A DNA stretch of 64,000 nucleotides from a virus: IMG/VR virus record IMGVR_UViG_3300049893_000724, positions 96,001-160,000 of that record; one strand, 5' to 3'. Positions 51,101-58,729 of this stretch are shown piece by piece. Each line of letters begins with the position of its first letter. Positions within the stretch are counted from its first letter, which is position 1. Both the position numbers and the translations under genes were made by a program. A model generated the notes under the pieces. The model was not told where the DNA came from. It was given only the letters and a program-made list of their open reading frames with translations, and did no database searches.

Positions 51101-54100
51101 TTGATGATAATCCAACATTTCCAATCAGTTCTACTTTTATTTCTGGATAGTTAAAAACATGTGTACCAAGTCCAACCGTTGTTAATTCAACATATTGCTT
51201 TGTCTTATAATAGAAATCATAATCAGTTCCAACACCAACTGTAGATAATTTAAATGCATTATCATTGACTTTGGTTACGATATAATTGGTGCTAGTTGAT
51301 AGTCCACCAATGGGAGTAAAGTCTGTAGTATAAACAACAGTTTCTCCAGACTTATAATTGTGGGAATTGATTTCTACTTGAGATAATGAAGTATTAATTC
51401 CCAGATGTGTGGTTGTTCTCTTTTTATTTTCATATCCAAAACCAGGATTTTCAATATTAATAGATTTTAGAACAGATTTCTTATTGTATGATTGGAATCT
51501 ATGATTACCAATACCATATGATGATAAAACAACGGTGTTAATACCGGAAATAGCGTCGCTTAAAGTATTGTGTAGTTTGATTGTAAAATTATCTTTTACA
51601 GAAACATAATATGAAGAATCAGTTGAGAGACCACCAACACCTCTTTGACTATCTGTTTTATAGATGACTCTTTCTGCATTTCTGAATTTATGGTATGTTG
51701 TAAATCCAATAGTTGATAATGCACTTCCAATACCAACTAACTCTGCATTTCCTTGGGAGTTAAATGAAGATTCGTGGTTAATTAACTTCATATTGGCGTA
51801 TGCCTTTGCGCCAACGCCATTTCCACCAGTAATCTTAACGATAGGTACGTCCAGATAATCAAATCCAGGATCTACTATTCTAATTTCTTGTAAAGATCCA
51901 CTTATCGCACAGAAACCAGTTGCTTCAGTTCCAACAGAATCTGAAATTGCTAAAACTGGTGGATTTATAATATCATAGTTTGATCCGGGAGCAATAACTT
52001 CTACTCCTTCCAATTCTCCATAATAAACTGATTCACTTGCCTTATAGTTTAAAACTTCCACACCGTTAATTAAAACTCCAGTAAATCCTGGATTTGTTTC
52101 ATAGTAGTTTCCATCATTGATTGGTGCAGATATTTCTCTTAGAATTTTTTGAGTATTCAGAGTTTTTGATCTAAAATCATAGAATTCAATTTTATCATTC
52201 GATACAGTTGTACTACTTGATACTGATACAAATATATTATTAAAGATATTTGATCTACTTTTTGCTAGTTGAATTCTATTAGAATCAACCCTCTTAACGA
52301 AGTATAATCCTTCATCAAATAGAGAATTTGAAGAAACTGCCGGAGTATAATATACGCTATCACCAGTATAAAACCCATGATCAGAATTTGGTGTTATCGT
52401 AAAAGTATCTCCAGAGAAAGATCCAGAAAATGTTATTGATCTATCTGTAGTGCTTAATGTTTGATTATGATAACTTGGGATTGATGGTGAAGCGACTAAA
52501 GTTTTTTGTTGAATCTTATATACATTTTGTATATTTGTATTAATCGTAGAAGTAGATGGAAAATATGTAGAATTTGCTTTAAGAAGATTCTTTTTAACAA
52601 TATAAGTATCTGTTAAAGAAAGTGATCCCTGGCCCTTGATTGTAAATGTAGTGCTTGAAGTTACATCAATAATCGTAGATGTTTTAATAGATCCCGAATT
52701 TGAAATAATATTAACTTTATCTCCAATTTTTAAGATATTTTCATTTTCCGTTGTTACGTCATATACATCGTTTGTTCCACGAGATGATAATCTCTTGACC
52801 CCATATGAAATTGGAACATTAAAAAACCAATTTTTGGAAGTAGTATCTTTTGTATTAACACCTAAGGTTCTAATGACTGATGTATCATCTTTAACGTGAT
52901 ATCGAGTATCTCCAAGAATTTCTGTGGAGTTTAAAACCGACGTAACCCTTAATTTAACTAAAGAACCATCAATATCATACGCATTTGCATACGTATTGAT
53001 ACCAATAGTTGCTCCATCCAAAATAGTTTTAGACGCTCCAGAACATCCAAAAAATTGAGTTAATGATTTTGAAGTATAAGTAACAACTCCTGTGGTATTA
53101 TCGCCATAACTAACTAAAAGTTCTCCACTTGAAGAAAATCCCACAGTTGAATCTACATCAAAGACACTAACTCCTATTGAAACAGGTCCAACTATTTTTG
53201 TTCTTGGGTGAACAGTGAACTTTCCGACAGTTGCACCGTTAGCAATGATATCTCTATCATATCCGGCATCTAAACTTAATTTATAATATGTGTTACCAAC
53301 ACCAGAAACTATTCTTTCAACATAAGTAATTGGACTGCGGGCATATGTGATATCACCATATGCATTTTGATATAAAGTTTGGTTGGTTAAGTTAGTAAGA
53401 TCTCCAGAGATGCTTTCTACAACAATATCATTCGTGAGTCTATATTGAGCATCTGATGGTCTAAAAAGATTTTCTTTTGGTTTTATAATCTTAACGTCTT
53501 TACCATATAAAACCTTGAACAAAATAATAAAAGATTCATCTGTGCCTTTGCTCTGATAAAAATCTTTTATTTGCTTTAAAAAGACTGATTGGTTTAATCC
53601 AGAATACAGGGATCTATTTTCAAATCCAGGAGAAAGTTGATATTTAATTTTTGATAGAAATTCTTTGAGGAACAAAGAACTTAAATTTACAATCTTTACG
53701 CCAGAGTTGTGTAAAGAAGACTCTGATGAGTTAAATGTTAATTGATCTGGTGCATTTTGAGTATTATAGGATGTAATACCACTAAACCCTCTTATACATC
53801 CAAGAAATGAATTTGTTGTTTTTGAAGTATATGTGATAATTTCATTATCAATTTGAATCAGTCCATACGAATCTGGAAAATCTAAAGTTCCTTCAGGGTT
53901 CTGACCCACATCAACTGTAATTGTTGTATCAACGTCAGTAATTGATGAGGCAAGGTACACGAATTCCGTATTATTTGCAATTTCATCAACTTTTACATAT
54001 TGGTCTATGTTCTGAATTAAATCAACAGGGGCACCTTTAAACTCTTGTGAGATATAATATTGAGATAAAAATTCAGATATTAACGGAAATTCCTCCCTAA

Positions 54101-54158
54101 CATACGCGGGAAGTTGATTTTGAACAATGTTGCTGAACTGAATTCTTTTTTCTGTCAT
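42168..54158 (-). CDS. gp7: Giant baseplate wedge protein (gp7-like, 3996 aa)
   Basis: N-terminal QLP.YVRE..PL...FL.QYY and IKDFYQSKGT..S..ILF..LYG; position between gp6 and gp8. Confidence 0.75.
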   Translation of the reverse strand: MTEKRIQFSNIVQNQLPAYVREEFPLISEFLSQYYISQEFKGAPVDLIQNIDQYVKVDEIANNTEFVYLASSITDVDTTITVDVGQNPEGTLDFPDSYGLIQIDNEIITYTSKTTNSFLGCIRGFSGITSYNTQNAPDQLTFNSSESSLHNSGVKIVNLSSLFLKEFLSKIKYQLSPGFENRSLYSGLNQSVFLKQIKDFYQSKGTDESFIILFKVLYGKDVKIIKPKENLFRPSDAQYRLTNDIVVESISGDLTNLTNQTLYQNAYGDITYARSPITYVERIVSGVGNTYYKLSLDAGYDRDIIANGATVGKFTVHPRTKIVGPVSIGVSVFDVDSTVGFSSSGELLVSYGDNTTGVVTYTSKSLTQFFGCSGASKTILDGATIGINTYANAYDIDGSLVKLRVTSVLNSTEILGDTRYHVKDDTSVIRTLGVNTKDTTSKNWFFNVPISYGVKRLSSRGTNDVYDVTTENENILKIGDKVNIISNSGSIKTSTIIDVTSSTTFTIKGQGSLSLTDTYIVKKNLLKANSTYFPSTSTINTNIQNVYKIQQKTLVASPSIPSYHNQTLSTTDRSITFSGSFSGDTFTITPNSDHGFYTGDSVYYTPAVSSNSLFDEGLYFVKRVDSNRIQLAKSRSNIFNNIFVSVSSSTTVSNDKIEFYDFRSKTLNTQKILREISAPINDGNYYETNPGFTGVLINGVEVLNYKASESVYYGELEGVEVIAPGSNYDIINPPVLAISDSVGTEATGFCAISGSLQEIRIVDPGFDYLDVPIVKITGGNGVGAKAYANMKLINHESSFNSQGNAELVGIGSALSTIGFTTYHKFRNAERVIYKTDSQRGVGGLSTDSSYYVSVKDNFTIKLHNTLSDAISGINTVVLSSYGIGNHRFQSYNKKSVLKSINIENPGFGYENKKRTTTHLGINTSLSQVEINSHNYKSGETVVYTTDFTPIGGLSTSTNYIVTKVNDNAFKLSTVGVGTDYDFYYKTKQYVELTTVGLGTHVFNYPEIKVELIGNVGLSSIGTKTFDAVVQPIFRGQITSVHLSSKGVGYGSSEIINFYRQPSFTLKSGKNAQLNPIVSDGKIVEVLVNNVGSEYNAPPTLTIQGSGSGAVVTPVITNGQLTSVKVIEGGSGYIQGSTSITVTSAGSSAEFSAKIQSWTVNLFKKYYSSITPDDGFIAKGLNEKFGLQYSHIYAPRKLREIIQPSDQSGNKVYGKTDLAKENNVEANSTSHSPIIGWAYDGNPIYGPYGYITKTGGVVAQLNSSYVLESKSNRPSSTLFEFGFFVEDFTYYKKSGDTFLDENNGRFCITPEFPKGTYAYFATFETSADSGGKFSGYKQPKFPYLVGNSFKSKPNEFNFLKTSNQDDLDLNQTNWVRNTYFYNLINGTSSYSYLTIPNELNQTVDVKFATPGFVESVGIVTGGQNYKVDDTLIFNNTDTQGNGASARVSKLSGKAVSSVSVATSSISSVEIYPGENKDNYIIFAENPHNFKNNDKVSISGLSTTSSLLEGFYQIGISTNILTLSGIGTTSGTVTTGIGSTGITGIITYVNVNGTLTYPNIRENDILTIENEKVKVLNVDRLNSRIRVIRAYQGTSGVAHTASTSIKESSRKLTINAGYRTSYDYRINKQLYFNPIDSIGLGTLSGVGIGTTITFSNPGAGITQIFIPTKTIYIPNHGLETGDLVTYSNNGGSSLVVSATGVGTTTIGDQSSVYIAKISNDLIGIATVRVGLGSTGTFVGIASTQRSQSTLYFISNGSGVYHSFKTNFNVITGTIERNIVTVSCASTHGLTNDDAVHIDVNPAITTTFTVKYDDYNRKVVVNPKSFAGVNTTTNTITIIDHGFHNGQKVIHTSTAPAGGLQNEGEYFIVRLDRDNFKLSRTFYGSTQLVPTIVGITSSSTGNISPINPALTLYKNSQVTFDLSDSSLSYLNQSQRYPAFSLDFYKDSNFTQIFEASGEQNTFEVQKSGTVGVSTNAKVILTVNKNIPQKLYYKLTPIYESAIPEEKKKISIDTEVLLNNQVEILESKYNGDQVITSISSTTFTYTLSETPENSSYVSTASSISYTTDSTSAFGSIAEIEVISKGRNYYTLPGISTVISTVGANAILEASSTSIGKIKKTKINNIGFDFPSDFTLRPSVSLNQTIKIEPLSSFKSIGINSFGRGYSSAPKLLVFDGKTNKLVPEVDLKYTLGQNQIEIRKNSYGLNNTTPTILPVQNTNGVGIGSIKYNSSTKEVTVTLAVGFSTADSFPFKVNDKVMIEGISVGVGSTGIGYNSENYNYKLFPLTSVTENRGGIGSVSYSLDGLLTNSQIPGTYDEVNSSGRIIPEKYFPSFDIQLQKNDYLIGETIKSNSTTGYVDGWNPIVNQLRAVSKENFVVGEIIEGATSKTQGIVSIVDTSDSFFRLDSSSLVDNGWQLSAGFLNTNSERIQDSDFYQNFSYSVKSQVSYDDWKDAVSTLNHTTGFKKFAEYQLETKNSNSMAVGLSTEKTYIEVINDITSFVDLNCVADFDLVRENSLVRSGGGTFSNEITFSNRVLTDYFESIGNRVLSIDDISSQFNSNPRSTRYSEAHRFLLTDARAQKYITYVSDRRYVGQRQLMLVTLIHSGGIGYLNQYARLESTYDLGAFDFIVEGSEGVLTFNPTNYSVNDYNITTLTYNLKDSMLGIGSSNFGDLVTVKTSSGFVSSGSTTIVGVGTTYNSAKILVEITGTNGQYEFDELNLVHDGISVELLEYGQVTNHSIDAYSSSGLGTYYPYISGSQLKVDFYPNPGVAVTFNTFQTLLGGSASGIGTYDMKHARLQGMSTSISSSGSPVATSIIEYPGGYDCSYSVIQVADTTNNRYQLSEIVVLDDETDESSGETYIVEFGNVETHSGLGTFGVRKNASTTELTFTPLANINVRVVGFFNALKVQDDDKDAISFNNGSIETNYNTYFGTERDIKRAFDLKHKGYQIFRRDFDGSNISIANTLSDSITLPNHFFVTGEQISYTYAGAGTSQAIGIASTDFGVGIGITDKLPSSVYVVKINENAIKLSRSAEDALSLTPKVLNLTSVGIGTSHAFTSTNQNAKVIVAVDNLIQSPIVSTAQTTTLAINAFSTDDLIYVSGITSFFGGDLIKIGSEIMRIDSVGVGSTNALRVRRPWLGTAVAGYSTGTLVTKVIGNYNIVDNTLNFTEAPYGNIPLGTSTNPPDERDWTGISTSSKFQGRTFLRSGTPAGSSETYSKNYVFNDLSNQFNGITKTFNLKSNGSNVIGISTENAIILLNDIFQGPGLANDYSLSESTGITSITFTGVGVSAAYDVNTASIPSGGIIVSVGSTEGFGYQPLVSAGGTAIVSGLGTISSISIGNSGSGYRSGVQVVRVGVATSSTGIPIVQFIGTATVSNGHIVSIAVTNPGTGYTSTNPPYVVIDAPLSYSNLPLVYSSSSVTGVGTRATIDVVVGQGSSIIDFEIKNLGYGYGQGEILTVSIGGTVGIPTDPTKTYREFQLSIQNTISDKFTGWSIGELQVLDSIENLFDGNRLTFPIRVAGSLISIRASKGLSINVQDNLLIFLNDVLQVPGSGYIFNGGSVIAFTEAPKSGDTCKLIFYKGSGSIDVVEKNVLETVKVGDELTIGYDPILGQSPTLQEGERTVNSVESTDIVKTLPYYGPGIANDALTTRPVTWCRQTEDKIVDEKEVGKDRILYEASIYPSSYLIQSVGIGSTVAFVDSIRPFFNPINENNISLTFQKDIVIIPQENKVAAAATAVVSTAGTISSVQISDGGFGYTNTPTVTIENAVGFGSTAVGIASITAGIVTSISITGPGTGYTSTNVPNVLISPPSFSVEENTVNSYEGDFGIITGVSTTSVGVASTGIVFDFVIPNDSPLRNSSLTGVTTISGIATGYYFVVHSSNVGKGVTTLNSNGSVIGIGTTFLDNVYQAVAVSIAQTSVPGLGVTHVAKVTVSLTSYNNISGIGYSNFYGEYSWGRINLGGRKKQNSYNTYTTNGYTGIATGTMIRRSSPLKYLNYIS

Positions 54159-54162
54159 TTGA

Positions 54163-56088
54163 TTATAATCTTACTAAATTCCCGTTTGTGTAACTTGATG
54201 ATACAATGTAGTTTGATGCTGAAGGGTCTAATCCAGAGGAAATTTCATCGATGACCATTTCAAAATTACTCTTACTAATATCTAGTTGCAAATATAAATC
54301 CTGTAATCCAATCACATCATTTGACTTTGGAGTTGCAGATATCTCAATGATTGGTTGGCCGTTTCTTTGTTTTGCAGAAGTAACAATAACTGGATTAAGT
54401 GTGATAATACCAGATTTGTAGTTGATTGAACCAACATTCCTTCTTAAAATTGTTGGTGTTGTTGAATTTGCACTCGGAACATTAAAGAAGAAGATAGAAC
54501 CAGTCACTCTATCCGTGTTTGGAATGTCTGCCAAATAAACATCTTGGGAAATTCCACTAATTCTAAATGCAGTAGATTTGATATTATAACCAGACATACT
54601 ATTGATGTGAAATTCATTTCCAAATCCAATTGAATATTCTGCAAAACTATTCAAAGAGACTCTAAGGTCTCTTCGAATTTGAATTTTTGTAATATTTGAA
54701 GTTACTGATTCGTGACTGTCATCAATAATCTTTAAAAACTTACTGTACTTAAATCTTGCGCCGTACTTGTTCAATTCAGTTGATTCTGCATACTTATTTG
54801 CATTTGATTGAACAACACTTGAAACGTAAGATGCACTTGGAGCAAGATTTGTATTATAATATACCTTTGAATCTGTCTCAATATAAAGATATTTAAGATC
54901 TAAAATTTCTGGAACAATTCCTGCAACAGAATATTTTTTAAGTTTGAGTTTAATATTCTCTTTGACAAGATTTGAGAGAAAATCTCCACTTCTTGGTTTA
55001 ATACTGATGAATACTTTTCCATATTGTGGTGGAACCAATTCTTCTCCACCAAAAACTGATATTGATTCTGTTTCTGGATAAATTTTTGATGGAATTAAAG
55101 TTTCATAGTCATTTGCAGTGACTGCTCTGTTCTGAGAGGAATAAATTCTTGGCGCATATTTTTTAATCGATTCTACAGATTCAATATTTTCTCCACCAGA
55201 AGATATTAATCCAGTTGTGAGTAAAGAAATACCAGAAGTTACTGTATATTCTGTGGAATTTCTTGTATAAACAATTCTTCCAGAATATGTGAATTGGCTG
55301 ACCCCATTTGCAGAGTCGCCATTTGTTGTAATATAAGAAACTTCAATATAATTTCCGTCTTGCAGTGCTTTACCAAATACATTATCGCCAAAAATCAATT
55401 CATATCTCTCATCTTCAATTTCTTGCAGGAAATAAACTTCAGATTCCTTATCAATTTCAAAAAGACTATCTTGTTGGTTATATTTTACAGAAACTGTTGA
55501 TTGTTGATTATTTTTTACGATTGTGGAGATTAGATTTGTATCGATGCCAGAGTTTGGTAAAATAAACCTTTGATTTGGATTGCGAGATGTGTAAGTAAAG
55601 TTGGAAGTTAATAAAATTCCTTCAAAAATTGCAATATCATTGAATTCTGCAATGTTATCATAAACAGGAACAGTAATATCTTCTAAGATTGAAAAAACAA
55701 AAGACTGATTTCCGAATGTTCCAGAGGTGCTTGCAATTGGCCCTTTCTTAAGAGTTAGCGATACTGGTGCTGGAGTGATATTTGAACAATCTACAAAAAA
55801 ACTTACTGTAGCTTTTGCTGCTTTCTTTGATCTTGGCACATATCCAATGTTTCTTGCGAGTGCAACGACATTTTCTCTTAATGTTGCACTATCAATAAAC
55901 ACTTCATTTGCAACCATATTTGCATTATATGAAGTGATGTAGGTATTGTATGCCAGAACATCAAGAATCGTTGAAAGGTTAGACCCTTCAAAGTCATAGT
56001 CAGTGAAGTTTGAGTTTGACTTAAGATAATCCCTAAGTGTTGTTTTAATCTGGTCGAAATCCAGATTTGTAAAGTTTACTAGTGGCAT
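54163..56088 (-). CDS. gp6: Baseplate wedge subunit (gp6)
   Basis: LDFDQIK..L..YL..NSNFTDYDFEGSNLS.ILDVLAYNT, QNRAVTANDY, PPQYGKVFISIKP. Confidence 0.95.
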   Translation of the reverse strand: MPLVNFTNLDFDQIKTTLRDYLKSNSNFTDYDFEGSNLSTILDVLAYNTYITSYNANMVANEVFIDSATLRENVVALARNIGYVPRSKKAAKATVSFFVDCSNITPAPVSLTLKKGPIASTSGTFGNQSFVFSILEDITVPVYDNIAEFNDIAIFEGILLTSNFTYTSRNPNQRFILPNSGIDTNLISTIVKNNQQSTVSVKYNQQDSLFEIDKESEVYFLQEIEDERYELIFGDNVFGKALQDGNYIEVSYITTNGDSANGVSQFTYSGRIVYTRNSTEYTVTSGISLLTTGLISSGGENIESVESIKKYAPRIYSSQNRAVTANDYETLIPSKIYPETESISVFGGEELVPPQYGKVFISIKPRSGDFLSNLVKENIKLKLKKYSVAGIVPEILDLKYLYIETDSKVYYNTNLAPSASYVSSVVQSNANKYAESTELNKYGARFKYSKFLKIIDDSHESVTSNITKIQIRRDLRVSLNSFAEYSIGFGNEFHINSMSGYNIKSTAFRISGISQDVYLADIPNTDRVTGSIFFFNVPSANSTTPTILRRNVGSINYKSGIITLNPVIVTSAKQRNGQPIIEISATPKSNDVIGLQDLYLQLDISKSNFEMVIDEISSGLDPSASNYIVSSSYTNGNLVRL

Positions 56089-56490
56089 TTACCTTGTAGG
56101 TTGCAATACAAATTGTAATTGTTGAGCAGGAACGTCTGCTCCAATAATGTTATAAACGATAACAGCATCAAAAGAACCATTATCATAGTCCGGATAAACA
56201 TCAACGCTGATCAATTGAACTCTTGGCTCATAATTACGAATTGAATTACGAATTTCATCGGCAATTGTTGATGCGGAAATTTCATCAATGTTTTCAAACA
56301 AACTCTGAGAGATTCTAGAACCAAAGTTTTCATTAAAAAACTTCTCTCCAGGCACAGTAAACACAATATTACGAATAGAACGAGAGATTGCAGTTTCATT
56401 CTTAAGGGCAATCAGGTCACTATTCAGGGGATTAACCTGAAATGACATACTAATATCTTTAAAACCCTGACTTACCCTTTCGAGTGGCAT
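56089..56490 (-). CDS. gp25: Baseplate wedge subunit (gp25-like)
   Basis: FKDIS.SF..NP, AI.RSIRNIV.T.PGEK.F...FGS, YEPRV. Confidence 0.9.
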   Translation of the reverse strand: MPLERVSQGFKDISMSFQVNPLNSDLIALKNETAISRSIRNIVFTVPGEKFFNENFGSRISQSLFENIDEISASTIADEIRNSIRNYEPRVQLISVDVYPDYDNGSFDAVIVYNIIGADVPAQQLQFVLQPTR

Positions 56491-56516
56491 TAGATATGAT
56501 AATTCTGTCTTATTTA

Positions 56517-56771
56517 TTATGAATTTTTAGACTCATAAATGGGTTCTGTTCCATATTCCCAATCATCATAGTCCTCATCATTACGAATTTTTGAGTGTAT
56601 TTCGCTTTGGTGATAAAAATCGTGTTTTTTGGGTGTTAATTCGTCATTTGCAATCTCACGAAGCATTTTTTGCTTCTCTACTTTTGAATCCCAACCATAT
56701 TCACTTGCCAAATACTGAGTTCCCCACTCATTTTTCATAAAATTTTCATCTTTATCGACTTGTTTGGTCAT
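56517..56771 (-). CDS. Hypothetical acidic protein
   Basis: 84 aa ORF with AGGAG Shine-Dalgarno; MLREIANDELTPKK motif. Confidence 0.7.
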   Translation of the reverse strand: MTKQVDKDENFMKNEWGTQYLASEYGWDSKVEKQKMLREIANDELTPKKHDFYHQSEIHSKIRNDEDYDDWEYGTEPIYESKNS

Positions 56772-57423
56772 TGTTTTGCTCCTGATTTGTTAAATCAGAA
56801 CTTTTTACGGGGTTGCTATCCCGAGTATCAATGTAAAATCCTTGTCTTAGGTAATCTTGGTCATCAATAAAGAACAAATTATCTATTTTTTGAATATTTT
56901 GCCCCTTCCAGACTGGTATTGCAACAGAATTTCCATAACGAAAGTCTGGATTTCTTCGAAAATGTACTTCAATGAGTTTATCACCAATAAATTCACAGTT
57001 TATCCACTCATAATTACCTTTTAATGAGTCTAAAATTGAAGGAAATTCAATTTTTGTGTCAATTTTAGACCATTTTTTCCATTTATACAATGGATCATGA
57101 TTATCTCTTTCACCCAAAACTACTAATTCTGCTTCTCGACAGTGAAAATCAACGCTGATATGTTCTCCCTCAAAGATCTCACACCAAAATTCTGCAGGAT
57201 GTAAATCATCAGTGTACTTATCAATCCATTTTATACGAGAAAATCGTCCCATTCCAAGTAGATTAATACAAGGACGGACGATATAATGACCTGAATGTGG
57301 AACGGAGCACCCTGTAGGACCACACAGATGCCCTAGACGATGATTTAAAATTAACTTGTTATAAACCCAAAGATCTTCTAAATGAATTGATTTCCATTCA
57401 TCTGTTGGGTCTGAGTAATACAT
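56752..57423 (-). CDS. Putative minimal ATP-grasp-fold protein
   Basis: YIVRP...GMGR, EIFEGEHISVD and INCEF..DKLIEVHFR parallel the ATP-grasp KP/GxG, E..I.G.E.SV and E.N.R motifs. Confidence 0.55.
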   Translation of the reverse strand: MYYSDPTDEWKSIHLEDLWVYNKLILNHRLGHLCGPTGCSVPHSGHYIVRPCINLLGMGRFSRIKWIDKYTDDLHPAEFWCEIFEGEHISVDFHCREAELVVLGERDNHDPLYKWKKWSKIDTKIEFPSILDSLKGNYEWINCEFIGDKLIEVHFRRNPDFRYGNSVAIPVWKGQNIQKIDNLFFIDDQDYLRQGFYIDTRDSNPVKSSDLTNQEQNNDQTSR

Positions 57424-57629
57424 GTATGAATTCCAGATACATGATTTCGATGAAGAGTATAATTCTTCTGAATACGAATATCAGAATTTTTAAAAGTCCA
57501 ACACTCTCCACTATTATCTAGGAACACGACCCATTCAAGATCATGTTCTTGAGAACGATCAATCATAAAAAAAGCCCAACCATTACCCTTGGGAGTAATG
57601 ACTGGGATTTGAGGATTAAGTTGAATCAC
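57378..57629 (-). CDS. Hypothetical protein
   Basis: GTG-start ORF overlapping both neighbours; QLNPQIPV.TPKG.GWA..ID..QEHDL.WVVF. Confidence 0.7.
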   Translation of the reverse strand: MIQLNPQIPVITPKGNGWAFFMIDRSQEHDLEWVVFLDNSGECWTFKNSDIRIQKNYTLHRNHVSGIHTCITQTQQMNGNQFI

Positions 57630-57766
57630 CGACCTTGACCGCGATATCTTTTCTTACGACCATTTCGAGAGGTCGCACTCAGTAATGTACGAGCCGAGCG
57701 TCCCTGACGAGTTTTCTTTGGTGCTCCAGGTTGAAAAATAGTCTTATTCGATCCACCTTTAGCCAT
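57626..57766 (-). CDS. Small highly basic protein, 46 aa; not in ORF track
   Basis: Read by hand: MAKGGSNKTIFQPGAPKKTRQGRSARTLLSATSRNGRKKRYRGQGR; GGAGG SD upstream. Confidence 0.75.
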   Translation of the reverse strand: MAKGGSNKTIFQPGAPKKTRQGRSARTLLSATSRNGRKKRYRGQGR

Positions 57767-57911
57767 AAATTTCCTCCAGTTCTAAATCATTTGGGTTAAT
57801 GTCTTCTCCCGAGTAAAAACGCTCAGAGAAGTCTTGAAGAATCTCACTACATTCCTCTGCAGTGAGATTCGCATAAATTTTACGTCCTTTATAGAGTACG
57901 TTATAATTCAT
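57759..57911 (-). CDS. Small acidic protein, 50 aa; not in ORF track
   Basis: Read by hand: MNYNVLYKGRKIYANLTAEECSEILQDFSERFYSGEDINPNDLELEEIYG; TGATG coupling to the GT gene. Confidence 0.7.
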   Translation of the reverse strand: MNYNVLYKGRKIYANLTAEECSEILQDFSERFYSGEDINPNDLELEEIYG

Positions 57912-58675
57912 CAGATAATGCGAGTTTTTTCATGTCCCACTCTGATACGAGGGTCGCACCAGATTTCGAAACCTGCATCCTTTGCATCCAGACAGAATGA
58001 AACATCCTCACCACACATATCCTGGACATTGCCAGATTCAAAGACTTGCATCTTTGGAGCAAACCAAGGATATTCGAGATTCTCAAAGACGCCCTTCTTA
58101 ATCAGCACCCAACCAAAGCCAGTGTAATCAACTGTGAAAGGCTTTCTGCGCTTCTGAATAGACTCAACGGTTTCGTGGTTCATGACTCCACCATTCTTGC
58201 GGAAGTCATCTTCTTCCAACCAGTGTGCGACAGAGGTTGTGTGTCCATCTTCTGTTGCATACCAACCAGCAGTGATTTCACGCTCAGTACCATCTTCACT
58301 CAGAGAAAGATCACAGAGCTGCCAGAACTTGTTTGTATCAAAGACAATATCCGAGTCAATCCAAAGTTGATAATCATACTCCAGTTTTCCATCCCAAGGA
58401 ATTTGCTTAGGACCACGGAGAACATTTGCACCTAGACACTTACAACGTGCAAAGTTAACCATCGAAGAGTAATCCTGTGAAATCTGAATACTCATTCCAT
58501 TCTGTACCATATCAAAGCACAGTTGTACAAAGTTCTTCAGAAAGATAAAAGAACATCCACGACCAGGAAGACAGAATACAATACTCTTCCCACGCATCCT
58601 TTCTTTGATTGCATCAATATCCCATTCTTGTTTTGGAGTTGGTGCAGTTGCTTTAACAGTAAATCCTTTTGCCAT
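57911..58675 (-). CDS. GT-A fold (family 2-like) glycosyltransferase
   Basis: IVFCLPG first strand, SMVNFAR, YQLWIDSD (DxD), TGFGWVLIKK.VFE, GEDVSFC, DP.IRVGH. Confidence 0.8.
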   Translation of the reverse strand: MAKGFTVKATAPTPKQEWDIDAIKERMRGKSIVFCLPGRGCSFIFLKNFVQLCFDMVQNGMSIQISQDYSSMVNFARCKCLGANVLRGPKQIPWDGKLEYDYQLWIDSDIVFDTNKFWQLCDLSLSEDGTEREITAGWYATEDGHTTSVAHWLEEDDFRKNGGVMNHETVESIQKRRKPFTVDYTGFGWVLIKKGVFENLEYPWFAPKMQVFESGNVQDMCGEDVSFCLDAKDAGFEIWCDPRIRVGHEKTRII

Positions 58676-58699
58676 AAGAGAAATAAACCTTCAATGTCA

Positions 58700-58729
58700 A
58701 TTTTATCAGTCTATATATGCTTTTGTCAA
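58700..58729 (-). promoter_or_regulatory. sigma70-like promoter for the GT cluster
   Basis: TTGACA(58729-58724)-18-TAAAAT(58705-58700) with extended TGn. Confidence 0.65.
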
